Assembly: GCA_049967475.1 (NCBI GenBank)
Contig: JBMFSQ010000011.1
Coordinates: forward strand, 47,848-111,847
Origin: Chthonomonadales bacterium
Lineage (GTDB): Bacteria; Armatimonadota; Chthonomonadetes; Chthonomonadales; CAJBBX01
Length of the DNA: 64,000 bases
Direction of reading: 5' to 3'
Shown here: one piece after another, positions 39,010-47,677 of the stretch
Layout of the letters: each line of letters starts with the position of its first letter
How positions within the stretch are numbered: the first letter of the stretch is position 1
Made by a program: the position numbers and the translations under genes
Notes under the pieces: model-generated
What the model was told of the DNA's origin: nothing
The model's database searches: none
What the model saw: the letters and a program-made list of their open reading frames with translations, nothing else

Positions 39010-40521
39010 TCAGGCGGCCAAGGCGGAGCGCGCTTCGGAGCGGAACCCTTGCACCGCAAAGGCGCGCATCAACTTGCCATCGGGGCCGGGCCGGTTCCCT
39101 AGATCGAACACGTGAACGTCCGACATGACGAGCCGGTAGGTTGCCTCGCTGATCAGCACCGTGTCTTCCTCGGGAACGCTCTTGGATGCTTTCTCCAGGG
39201 CATGGGCTTCTTTGACCACATCCCCCAGAACCGTGTACTCCATGTGCTCGGAAGATCCGAAATGCCCCACGATGGGCTCACCGGTGCTGATGCCTATGCC
39301 GACGCCCAACTGCCATCCGAACTCTTCATCCAGCCGCACGTAGAGGTTCTGGAGCGCCGGCGGTATCGCGAGGGCGGCACGGATCGCCTGGAGGGCGTGG
39401 TCTTGCGATCGAACCGGCATGCCGAAGAAGGCCAATACGCTGTCGCCCAGGTACTTGCTCACGATGCCTCCGTGGGCCACGATGACTTTGTTGACCTCGG
39501 TGAAAAACTCGTTGAGGGTGGCGACGGTTTGGTCCGGAGGCAGATGCTCCATGAGGAGGGCGAAGTTGCGGATATTAAGGACCAACACCGTCACGGTTTG
39601 CCTGGCCCCTGCGATGACTTCTCCTGCTTCCTTCCCTAAAGCGCGTGCAGCCACGGGAGCCGGTACAAATTGCTGGAAGAGGGCCCGCAGCTTCTCCTCG
39701 CGGGCGATCTGTTCCGTGAGCCATGCGGTGGCATCCCGTACTTCCTCAACAAGGAACCTCATTTCGGCCGGTCCCTTCACATCGAAGCGGGCGCGCCACT
39801 CTCCCGACCGCAGGGACTGCAACGCATCCACGATCTTGGCCAGGGGCAGTGAGATGGAGCGATGGAAGAGGTAGAACGGAAGCACCAGGCTCAAAACCGT
39901 GATGGCGACGGCCACTCGGATCCATCCCCAGCAAGTGTAGGCTGCGTAAGACACCGCGGGTTCCATAGGGACCGACACGATGGTGGCCCCTACGACTTCG
40001 CCTTTGCGCCACCCGAAGCCTTCGGCATGGCGCAATCCCCTGTTGCCGATGCCGCGTGCGTGGCAGGATGCACAACTCTGGGAACCGGCGATGATGGGAG
40101 CGGCGCATACAGCGTAGCGGTCTCCGCGGGCATCGGTATGCACTTCCTGGATGCGCGGAAGCGCTCGCTGGGTTTGAAAGGCGGCGATGAGCCCGTTCTC
40201 ATAGAGGGTAGGCTTGTGGGCAGGGTTGGCCGGGTTGAGCGCCACTACCCGAAGGGTATAGGGGATCCCTGCCGGCGTGGGGCTGCCGGAGCTTTGTAGG
40301 CGGTCGAGGGCATGAAAGCCCCCATCCGGAGAGGCGGCCGAGGCGCGGCGCTGGTTCTCCAGAGTTTGGAGGAGGGTTCGGGCGCGCACATGGGTCTCGA
40401 GCTCTGCGTCGCGCACCATGGAGTGATAGATATGCGTAGCGAGCGCAGCCCCGCCCACAGCGGCAAGCGCCACTGGAAGAAGGGCCAGCCGCACCGCGAG
40501 CCTGTCGAAATAGTGAGGCAT
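39010..40521 (-). CDS. membrane-anchored class III adenylate/guanylate cyclase with DUF3365-like CxxCH sensor and HAMP
   Basis: N-terminal TM. Periplasmic-type domain with SCASCH. Second TM plus HAMP. Cyclase core VTVLVLNIRNF...GDSVLAFFG...GISTGEPIVGHFG. Confidence 0.85.
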   Translation of the reverse strand: MPHYFDRLAVRLALLPVALAAVGGAALATHIYHSMVRDAELETHVRARTLLQTLENQRRASAASPDGGFHALDRLQSSGSPTPAGIPYTLRVVALNPANPAHKPTLYENGLIAAFQTQRALPRIQEVHTDARGDRYAVCAAPIIAGSQSCASCHARGIGNRGLRHAEGFGWRKGEVVGATIVSVPMEPAVSYAAYTCWGWIRVAVAITVLSLVLPFYLFHRSISLPLAKIVDALQSLRSGEWRARFDVKGPAEMRFLVEEVRDATAWLTEQIAREEKLRALFQQFVPAPVAARALGKEAGEVIAGARQTVTVLVLNIRNFALLMEHLPPDQTVATLNEFFTEVNKVIVAHGGIVSKYLGDSVLAFFGMPVRSQDHALQAIRAALAIPPALQNLYVRLDEEFGWQLGVGIGISTGEPIVGHFGSSEHMEYTVLGDVVKEAHALEKASKSVPEEDTVLISEATYRLVMSDVHVFDLGNRPGPDGKLMRAFAVQGFRSEARSALAA

Positions 40522-40548
40522 CGAAACATCCGCCCCGTCAGATTATAG

Positions 40549-40845
40549 TCAGCCGTCGCCTCCCAGCAGATAGGATGCGAAGAGGCCGTAGCAAAGCTCA
40601 GGCCGGGCCGTGAGGGCGATGAGCAAAGCATCGGCGATCTCGCGGCTTTCGGCCCACACTCCGTATTCTCGGAGTGTAATCTGGATCTCTTCAATGGGCG
40701 TGCCGATCCAGGTGGGGGGCGTGTACGGGCGCGGGACGGCGGCAGTGCGCAGGGCCCGCTCCTCGCCATCGTCCTCGCTAGAGCGCTTGGGTTCCGGAGT
40801 AAGCAGCCTCTGCATAGCTGCCCGGATGTCGCTGCGGCGTTCCAT
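40549..40845 (-). CDS. hypothetical 98-aa protein, last gene of ExeA/ParA-like operon
   Basis: ATG 40845 has AGGAGG upstream with a 9-nt spacer. Overlaps the ParA-like C-terminal tail by 68 nt in another frame. No motif recognised. Confidence 0.45.
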   Translation of the reverse strand: MERRSDIRAAMQRLLTPEPKRSSEDDGEERALRTAAVPRPYTPPTWIGTPIEEIQITLREYGVWAESREIADALLIALTARPELCYGLFASYLLGGDG

Positions 40846-41596
40846 AGGTTTCATCCTCCTGAAGGATCTCCCGCGCCAGGGAGCGGTAACTGATGGCGCC
40901 GTTGGAGTCCGGCGCATACTCTAGGATCGTCTGGCCGGTAGCCGGCGCTTCAGCCAATCGAACCGTGCGCGGGATTACCGTTTCGTACACAAGTCCGGGA
41001 AGGGCATTGCGGGCTTCCTCGAGCACGTCCCGGGCGTGGATCGTGCGCTTGTCGAACATCGTAGCCACTACGCGCAATCGAAGGCCCGGGTTTGTGGTGG
41101 CCTGGATTTCGCCGGCGATGTCCCGCACATCTGCCAGACCTCTAAGGGAAAGGAATTCGCACTGCAAGGGGACCAGGGCCACTTCGGCCGCTGTGAGGGC
41201 GTTGCTTACCGCGTGGCCCAGAGAGGGTGGGCAGTCTATGAGAGCGTAATCGAAGAGATCCTTTACCGACGAAAAGGCTGTGAGGAGGCGGTGGGCCGGT
41301 GCTTCCATATGGTCCAATTCCAAGAGGATGCAGGCGAGAGACGGGGCAGCGGGTACTACGCGCATGCCGCCGGCGCAGGGCACGATGGCCTCTAAGATCT
41401 TGTGAGGATGGCGCAGAATGTCCCCGCTGGTGAGGCGCCGCGGCCGGGCGCCAACGGCCGCCGTGAGGCTGGCCTGGGGGTCCAGATCTATCAGCAGCAC
41501 GCGTTTGCTCTCCGCCGCAAGGGCAGCGCCGAGGTTTACGGCAGTGGTGGTTTTCCCGACGCCGCCCTTTTGACTGGTGACCGCGTACACATGCAT
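40778..41596 (-). CDS. ParA/MinD-family deviant Walker A ATPase
   Basis: VTSQKGGVGKTTTAVNLG, LLIDLDPQ, YALIDCPPSLG. GGAGGGA upstream of ATG 41596. Confidence 0.88.
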   Translation of the reverse strand: MHVYAVTSQKGGVGKTTTAVNLGAALAAESKRVLLIDLDPQASLTAAVGARPRRLTSGDILRHPHKILEAIVPCAGGMRVVPAAPSLACILLELDHMEAPAHRLLTAFSSVKDLFDYALIDCPPSLGHAVSNALTAAEVALVPLQCEFLSLRGLADVRDIAGEIQATTNPGLRLRVVATMFDKRTIHARDVLEEARNALPGLVYETVIPRTVRLAEAPATGQTILEYAPDSNGAISYRSLAREILQEDETYGTPQRHPGSYAEAAYSGTQAL

Positions 41597-41621
41597 TTCT
41601 TCCGTCCCTCCGGTACAGATG

Positions 41622-42002
41622 CTATCCCTTCCAGCCCGCCTTGCGCATCTCGAAGAGCCAAGGCACCAGGGCTTCGTCACGCAGGCGCTGGAGGCGTGCA
41701 TCGAGCTTTGCCTTGGCTTCGGGGTCCAACATCGCGGCGCGGATGGCGGCCCGCGCTTCTTCCACACTCATCATGCCCGGAGGCGTGGCTGCGAAGACCT
41801 CCTGGGCTGTGGCAGCAGCGAAGGGGGGCAGGGGCTGGCCTTCTTCCCCTTGCGCCATCGAGGGGGACACGTCATCGCTGCTCACTAGGCGGGCCCGCAT
41901 GGTAGCCGAGAGGAAGGGCGTGTCCGCAAAGATCTCCTCGAGACGCCGACTGCGCTCGGGATCAGGGTTGACACTGTTGGAATGGTAGCCGTTGTGGTTC
42001 AT
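41622..42002 (-). CDS. hypothetical 126-aa soluble protein
   Basis: ATG one nt after the upstream stop (TAA A ATG). Ala/Glu-rich, no TM segment, no motif recognised. Confidence 0.5.
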   Translation of the reverse strand: MNHNGYHSNSVNPDPERSRRLEEIFADTPFLSATMRARLVSSDDVSPSMAQGEEGQPLPPFAAATAQEVFAATPPGMMSVEEARAAIRAAMLDPEAKAKLDARLQRLRDEALVPWLFEMRKAGWKG

Positions 42003-42003
42003 T

Positions 42004-42852
42004 TTACGCTGCCTTCGCCAAGCGGGGTCGCCGGCCCGCCAGGTCCATCACGGCACGCTCTACATGTTCCGGAAGCATTCGGTACGCACCTCGCAGAAAG
42101 GCCTCCTTCATCGTCGCCTCCGCCACCACCAGCACATCCCGGGGCACCCCTCCGGTAACCCGGTAAATGGCATGGACCGTGTCCGCAGGGCAGATCAGCA
42201 TAGGATCCACAGCTCCGGCGCTCTTGAAGCGGTGGAGGAGCATCGCGTCCGTCTCGACCTCAGTCAACGGCTCCAGCGTGCACACCGTGGCGATGCGGCT
42301 TTGGAGGGCGGGATAGTAAGTGAGTTTGCGGTCTATGCTCAACTGGGCAGCCATCACCACCTGCAGGAGGATGCGGTCCCGCGTCTCCAGGTTGACCAGA
42401 TCCCGCAGCACCGGCATGGCTTGACAGGATATGGATTGGGCTTCATCCACGAAGAGCACGACCGTTCGTTTGAACTCGCAGCATTCGGCGAGTAGCCATT
42501 CTTCCAGCCTCGTGGCCATTTCGCGGGCGCTGCGGGCAGGAGGCAATCCGAAGGCGGCGAGAACCTCTTGAAGGAGCGCTCGTGCGGTGGAAATCGTTCC
42601 CGTGTTCTGGAGCTTGGCGCACTTCCATCCGAATTGCATGGGCCAGGCCGTCATCAAGTATTCGATGAGGAACGTCTTACCGTGGCCCACACCAGCACGG
42701 ATGAGGGCCAACCCCCCATGCTCTTCCACACACCAGCGCGTCTTGAGGATCGCCTCCTTGTGCTGGGTGGAAAGGTAGAGCCACCGCGTGTCGTGGTTGC
42801 GCGCGAAGGGCGTTTCCACGAGGCCAAAGTGGCGTATGTATTCCGTAGGCAT
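42004..42852 (-). CDS. ExeA/GspA/MshM-like AAA+ ATPase (AAA_22 type)
   Basis: HFGLVETPF N-terminal signature, Walker A GVGHGKTFL, Walker B VVLFVDEAQ. ATG 42852 has AGGAG upstream. Confidence 0.75.
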   Translation of the reverse strand: MPTEYIRHFGLVETPFARNHDTRWLYLSTQHKEAILKTRWCVEEHGGLALIRAGVGHGKTFLIEYLMTAWPMQFGWKCAKLQNTGTISTARALLQEVLAAFGLPPARSAREMATRLEEWLLAECCEFKRTVVLFVDEAQSISCQAMPVLRDLVNLETRDRILLQVVMAAQLSIDRKLTYYPALQSRIATVCTLEPLTEVETDAMLLHRFKSAGAVDPMLICPADTVHAIYRVTGGVPRDVLVVAEATMKEAFLRGAYRMLPEHVERAVMDLAGRRPRLAKAA

Positions 42853-43030
42853 CGCTGGTACTCCTAGGGATCTCCTAGCGCCCTTATTCCATGTGCGCCG
42901 GTGGTGCCCATGCTGGTAGAAGCGCGGAAACCACCACCCGGGAGGAAACAGATCGGCTTTTGTAGAATGACACTTGCACAACTTACAGTGAACCTTGCCC
43001 GCGGCCGAGCCGGCTCGAAAGGATCATTCC

Positions 43031-44065
43031 ATGGATCGTGACGAAACCCCAAGCCCCATAAACCGGCGTGAGTTCCTTCGATGCGGCACAGCCCTAGCCG
43101 CAATGGCTTACGCACATCAAACGGATCCTCAAAGGCCGCGTGTGCTCATGGGCGCGGGTGAACATCGCTACGAGGCTGTACATGACTGGCTGGTGCCGCC
43201 GCCCAACATCGTTTGGGGCGACACGCACGGCGTAGCCCAGGACAGTCGCGGGCGCATCTACATCGCCCATACCGTCCACCCGACCAGTCCCTCGGGAGAT
43301 GCCATCGTAGTCTTCGACCGGCACGGCAAGTTCCTTTCCTCGTGGGGCGCGCGCTTCAGGGGCGGCGCCCACGGCCTGGACCTGCGCAAAGAGGGGCCCG
43401 CGGAATACCTATATCACTGCGACATTCTTCACCGCGTCATCGTGAAGACGACCCTGGACGGCCAGGTTGTTTGGGAGCAGGGGCTTCCGCAGGAAGCCGG
43501 GGTATACAAATCCGGCGACCCCTTCATCCCCACAAACATCGCGCTGGCTCCCAACGGCGACTTCTACGTTGCCGACGGATACGGATCGGACTGGATCCAC
43601 CAATACAACATCCGAGGTGAGTACATCCGTACCTTTGGGGGCAAAGGGAGCGAGCCCGGTAAGGTGCTCAACGCACACGGCATTTGGGTGGATCCGCGGG
43701 GCCCGGAGCCCATGCTCGTAGTAGCCGACCGGGGGAACCATCGCCTCCAATACTTCACTCTAGACGGGAAGCATGTCAAGTTCGTTACCGAAGGGATGCG
43801 CATGCCGTGCCACTTCCACGTGCGCGGGGACCTCTTGTTGGTGCCGGATCTCAAGAGCGTCGTCACGATTTTGGATGGCGAAAACCGCGTGGTAGTGCAG
43901 CTCGGTGATGGCGACCCATCCGACCTCCGGGATCATCCACGCAGCGATTTCATACCTGGGAAGTTCATCCACCCGCACTCCGCAAAGTTCCTCCACGATG
44001 GGAGCATCCTCGTTGTGGAGTGGGTGCCCATCGGCCGTATAACCCTTCTCAGGAAGGCGGCCTGA
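43031..44065 (+). CDS. Tat-exported six-bladed NHL beta-propeller, peptidyl-alpha-hydroxyglycine amidating lyase-like
   Basis: Twin-arginine NRREFLRCGTALAAMA. NHL blades DSRGRIYIAH, FYVADGYGSDWIHQY, VVADRGNHRLQYF. Confidence 0.65.
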   Translation: MDRDETPSPINRREFLRCGTALAAMAYAHQTDPQRPRVLMGAGEHRYEAVHDWLVPPPNIVWGDTHGVAQDSRGRIYIAHTVHPTSPSGDAIVVFDRHGKFLSSWGARFRGGAHGLDLRKEGPAEYLYHCDILHRVIVKTTLDGQVVWEQGLPQEAGVYKSGDPFIPTNIALAPNGDFYVADGYGSDWIHQYNIRGEYIRTFGGKGSEPGKVLNAHGIWVDPRGPEPMLVVADRGNHRLQYFTLDGKHVKFVTEGMRMPCHFHVRGDLLLVPDLKSVVTILDGENRVVVQLGDGDPSDLRDHPRSDFIPGKFIHPHSAKFLHDGSILVVEWVPIGRITLLRKAA

Positions 44066-44068
44066 CCG

Positions 44069-47000
44069 TCAGTTAGCGCCATTCTCGGCTCCGAACAGCC
44101 GCTCGATCAATGCCGTACCTGTTGGAAGGGCAACGTCGGCGGGGACAGGGCCTCCACAGAAGCGTAGGAACCAGCCCGAGCCTCCCAGTTGCCAGCCCGC
44201 CAGATACGCCTCGCCGTTGGCGCCTTGGGCAAAAACGAGATCTGCTCCAGGATCTAGGATCGGCCGGTTGACGCGGGCGGTACACGAAGATATGAGCTGG
44301 GCCCAGCGCACTCCAAGCCAAGCCTCCCCGGCTGCGGTGGGCTGTAACGGCACTCCAGGCTCCGTGTAGAGGCCGATGGCGGACGCGGCAGCCCCTAGAA
44401 AGGCTAAACCGGACGGGCCCAGCGCCACGGAGGGTGTCTGAGCATCGTCCACGGCCCGCGCCGTCCAAAACGGATACCCGCCGTTCTCGAACCAGGTTCC
44501 CCCATGCTGAACGAACCTCCGGATCGCGCTGACCATGGCCTGGGGACCGTATCGAGCCGTCACCGGCAGCGTTTCGGCATAGGGGTTGACGATAGCCAGC
44601 CACACCTCGGGATGGCTCAGCGCTGCCTCCAACTCTTCCGGGCGGGTGATGCGGCGTACGGTCGCCCACCCGTCTGCAACAGGCCGGCAATGAGCCAGCG
44701 CATCCAACCACTGTTCCGGGGACGGACCGCCCCAGGGATATTCCTGTCGGTTGAGAAGAGCAAAGTCCAACACGCCGATGAGGGATGCCGTGGAGGGCGC
44801 ATGCGTTCTTGGCGGCCTCTGCGCTGGCGCAGCCGCGGGACCCGCTAAAGGCTCGGGCGCCGGGCTCACGAGTTCGCGCGGGGAGCTTCCCAGCAGCCAG
44901 AGCTCAGGAGACCCCAGCATCCTTCCGTACTTCGTGTAGATGCCGGCCACTATCCCCGGGCCCTCCACATCGAAGCCCATGGGGGCCACCGTCCGGTTCC
45001 CCATCGGATAGGGAAACGATCGCAGGTTCGCTGTAACGGTGAACGGACCGTATCGCGCCTGCAGCACGCCGCGGCTTCCGCTTCCTGCCAAGTACCGGAA
45101 GTCCAGAAGAGGCTGCTCTGCAAGGCGGCTTCCGACCCGATCTTGCAGGCGCTCGAGATAGTCCAGCCACGACATCTTGCGCGTGTCCGGCAGCGGCGTG
45201 GGCCAGACCTCGGCGCTGATCTGGTATCCCAGCACCATCGTCCAGGCGAGTTGTTCACGATCATTGACGAAGGGGCCGCCGCCATGGTGGCCGAAAAGCG
45301 CGCGGTCGTGGGCTAGAAACAGGCCCAAAGGGTAAAACTCCCACTCGCTATCTTCCATGCGATCTCGGTAGAGCACCAGCCAATCGGCGAGCCAGGGCGG
45401 AGTGTGTTCAAAGGGCACGAGCTGCCAGGTAAGGCCCCGGAATTCGGTCACGATCGGAAGCAGCCGGTCAAAACCATGTTCGCAGGCGATGGGGAAATGC
45501 TGGGCCATGCGCTTGCCGAGGTTCATGATGCCTTGCACATAGGCATAGGGCGTGGGAGATGCCGGATTGAGGTCGTAGAGCAGACCCCGCATTCCCAACT
45601 GATCTACAAAGAGCGCATCCGCAGGATATTGCTGCACGAAGGGCGCCCACATGCGATCGGTTGCCGCCAGAACTTCTGGGTGCCACGGACAGATGGACCA
45701 TCCCCAGTTCGGGCCGTATTGTTCGCGGTTGGGCTTGCCGTCGAGCCCCAGCAGGAGCGGACCCTCTCCCACGCGCTGAAATGTAGGTCCCCGCGGATCG
45801 TCACACCACCAGGTGGGGTTGGTGTATGGGATCACAAGGTCTCCCTTTTGGTGGGCCTGGTCGAAGAGACTGCGGAAATCCTGTTCCGTTCCCTTTTCGG
45901 GGTTTGGAGGGAGTATATCGGGAAGTTGTTTGTCGAAGCCGCCGTGCAGATAATCTCCCAGGTGGATCGCCGCGGGCGCGGGAAGTTGGTCCACCACTTC
46001 GGCTTGTTGCCTGAACGTAGGGCCGGCAACATTGATGAGAAGGGAGCGCTTCCACCGGTCCAGAAGTGCAGCAGGCGCCTTCTGTTCCGGCGTTGCCTCC
46101 AGATGATTGGCTGCGAGGTAGGTTCTCAGGTCGTCCTGAACTGCAGGTGCGAAGGAGATGCGCACAGACGGAGCCGTCCATGCGCCACCCTTGGGAGCGA
46201 AGCCCTCCCAGCTCCGTTCCAGCACTCCCCCGTTCCTCGATCCGCGGGCCGACCATTCTGCCGGGACGAAGATGTGCGTGGGGTCGTCGGATCGCTGCAC
46301 TCCGTAGAGGGCGAAGCTGCCTCTGGAGGTGTCCACCCGGGCGTAATCACAGAAGCCTATGGGATATCCTGTGGAGATGCTGAGGTACCGCGCAGGAGTG
46401 ATTGCGCTGTACGCCGGCCATCCCGTGGTCTCGAACCAAACGCCGCCCTTTTGGAGAAAGGTCCGGATGGCATCGGCCATGGGCTGCCAACCGGCGCTGC
46501 TGCAGGGGAGGCGCTCGGAATAGGGATTGACGATCGCAAAGGTCGCCCGGTCTTTCATTGCCCGGACGAGATCGCCGGGGGTGGTTGCCAAGCGCGTCCG
46601 GAGGCCCGCACCCAGGAACCACGGGGAGTGTTCCAGCGCATTCTTCCAGTCCTCGATCAAAGCCGGCGCCCAGCCACCCAACGGCGGACCGTGTCGCAAA
46701 GCGATGAGGACCACGTTATGCCGCCTCCGGTTTGGAGCGAAACCCGCCAGTTGGGCGATCATGCGCTGAACCGTAGCAAGCATAAGAGGGCCGTCGGCGG
46801 CCTCCAGCTTGCCTCCGAAGCGCGCCAGCATCCCTTTGCCTACCCGGTGGATAGATAGAAAGGCTCCCGAAGCACCCTGCAGAAGCGTAATCTCAGGTTG
46901 CTGGGCAGGAGGACGCAGTAGATACCTCGGGCGAGAGGTCCACTGCTGCACCAGCTCGTCGCCCAGAAGATCAATCCCCTGCCTCGTGGCTTGCACGGGT

Positions 47001-47554
47001 TCTGCAGGCGCGTCCATGGGCCGCAGGACGCATTGCAGCCCGGCAATGCGTTCGAGCCCAGCCGGTCCCAGTTGGGTGGGTTCCCATGCGGTGATGCCGC
47101 GTTGAGGCCGGAAGAAGCCTGCTTTGAGCGCGATGCCCAGGTCGCTCGGGAAGATCACGCGCTTCAGGTTGGCCGGATCCACTCGCAGGGGCCCCGGGCA
47201 GGAGATAGAAAGCGCGTCTTGGTCGCGAGGACATACGGTGGGAATGAGGGCGACGGCGTCTCCTTCCCGATGCACATCCACGGAGATCTTGCCTGCAGCA
47301 ACCGACCAGGTGATGCGATAGCCGTTCGTCAATTGCTCCACGGCGGGAGCATCGGGCCCCTTGGGCGTTACAACGCGGCCGTTCCGCAAGCGCAGGCGCC
47401 ACAGCGGGCCTTCCGCCACACGCGCCCCCGAAGCCGAGACGATGCGGACCTGCCCGGCTTCGGGTGTAATTTGCACGCTACCCCCTGGGCAGCGAACGAT
47501 TAGCGGTTCGAGGAAACCGCGGGCAACGGCAAAGGCAACAAGGAGCATGGCCAC
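44069..47554 (-). CDS. large secreted protein of unknown function (possible glycosidase-like core) with duplicated about 65-aa module
   Basis: 1161-aa ORF with an N-terminal hydrophobic segment. Central region IPYTNPTWW...FVDQLG is reminiscent of TIM-barrel glycosidase-like families. Repeats at 46403-46594 and 44459-44656. Confidence 0.6.
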   Translation of the reverse strand: MAMLLVAFAVARGFLEPLIVRCPGGSVQITPEAGQVRIVSASGARVAEGPLWRLRLRNGRVVTPKGPDAPAVEQLTNGYRITWSVAAGKISVDVHREGDAVALIPTVCPRDQDALSISCPGPLRVDPANLKRVIFPSDLGIALKAGFFRPQRGITAWEPTQLGPAGLERIAGLQCVLRPMDAPAEPVQATRQGIDLLGDELVQQWTSRPRYLLRPPAQQPEITLLQGASGAFLSIHRVGKGMLARFGGKLEAADGPLMLATVQRMIAQLAGFAPNRRRHNVVLIALRHGPPLGGWAPALIEDWKNALEHSPWFLGAGLRTRLATTPGDLVRAMKDRATFAIVNPYSERLPCSSAGWQPMADAIRTFLQKGGVWFETTGWPAYSAITPARYLSISTGYPIGFCDYARVDTSRGSFALYGVQRSDDPTHIFVPAEWSARGSRNGGVLERSWEGFAPKGGAWTAPSVRISFAPAVQDDLRTYLAANHLEATPEQKAPAALLDRWKRSLLINVAGPTFRQQAEVVDQLPAPAAIHLGDYLHGGFDKQLPDILPPNPEKGTEQDFRSLFDQAHQKGDLVIPYTNPTWWCDDPRGPTFQRVGEGPLLLGLDGKPNREQYGPNWGWSICPWHPEVLAATDRMWAPFVQQYPADALFVDQLGMRGLLYDLNPASPTPYAYVQGIMNLGKRMAQHFPIACEHGFDRLLPIVTEFRGLTWQLVPFEHTPPWLADWLVLYRDRMEDSEWEFYPLGLFLAHDRALFGHHGGGPFVNDREQLAWTMVLGYQISAEVWPTPLPDTRKMSWLDYLERLQDRVGSRLAEQPLLDFRYLAGSGSRGVLQARYGPFTVTANLRSFPYPMGNRTVAPMGFDVEGPGIVAGIYTKYGRMLGSPELWLLGSSPRELVSPAPEPLAGPAAAPAQRPPRTHAPSTASLIGVLDFALLNRQEYPWGGPSPEQWLDALAHCRPVADGWATVRRITRPEELEAALSHPEVWLAIVNPYAETLPVTARYGPQAMVSAIRRFVQHGGTWFENGGYPFWTARAVDDAQTPSVALGPSGLAFLGAAASAIGLYTEPGVPLQPTAAGEAWLGVRWAQLISSCTARVNRPILDPGADLVFAQGANGEAYLAGWQLGGSGWFLRFCGGPVPADVALPTGTALIERLFGAENGAN

Positions 47555-47677
47555 AGACGGAGAACCCCCGGCCGAGATTTCTCCGTCACGGCACGAAACG
47601 CCTCCGCAAGGTGCCCGCCTGCGCGCTCCCCTTTGGAGGTGCCTCCCCAGCAGGCGGATCCGAGTGCGGACACCGCA

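Noticed and set aside
45404-46858. 484-aa plus-strand ORF
   Set aside because: Antisense to the 1161-aa gene. Arg/Gly-rich, with no motif.
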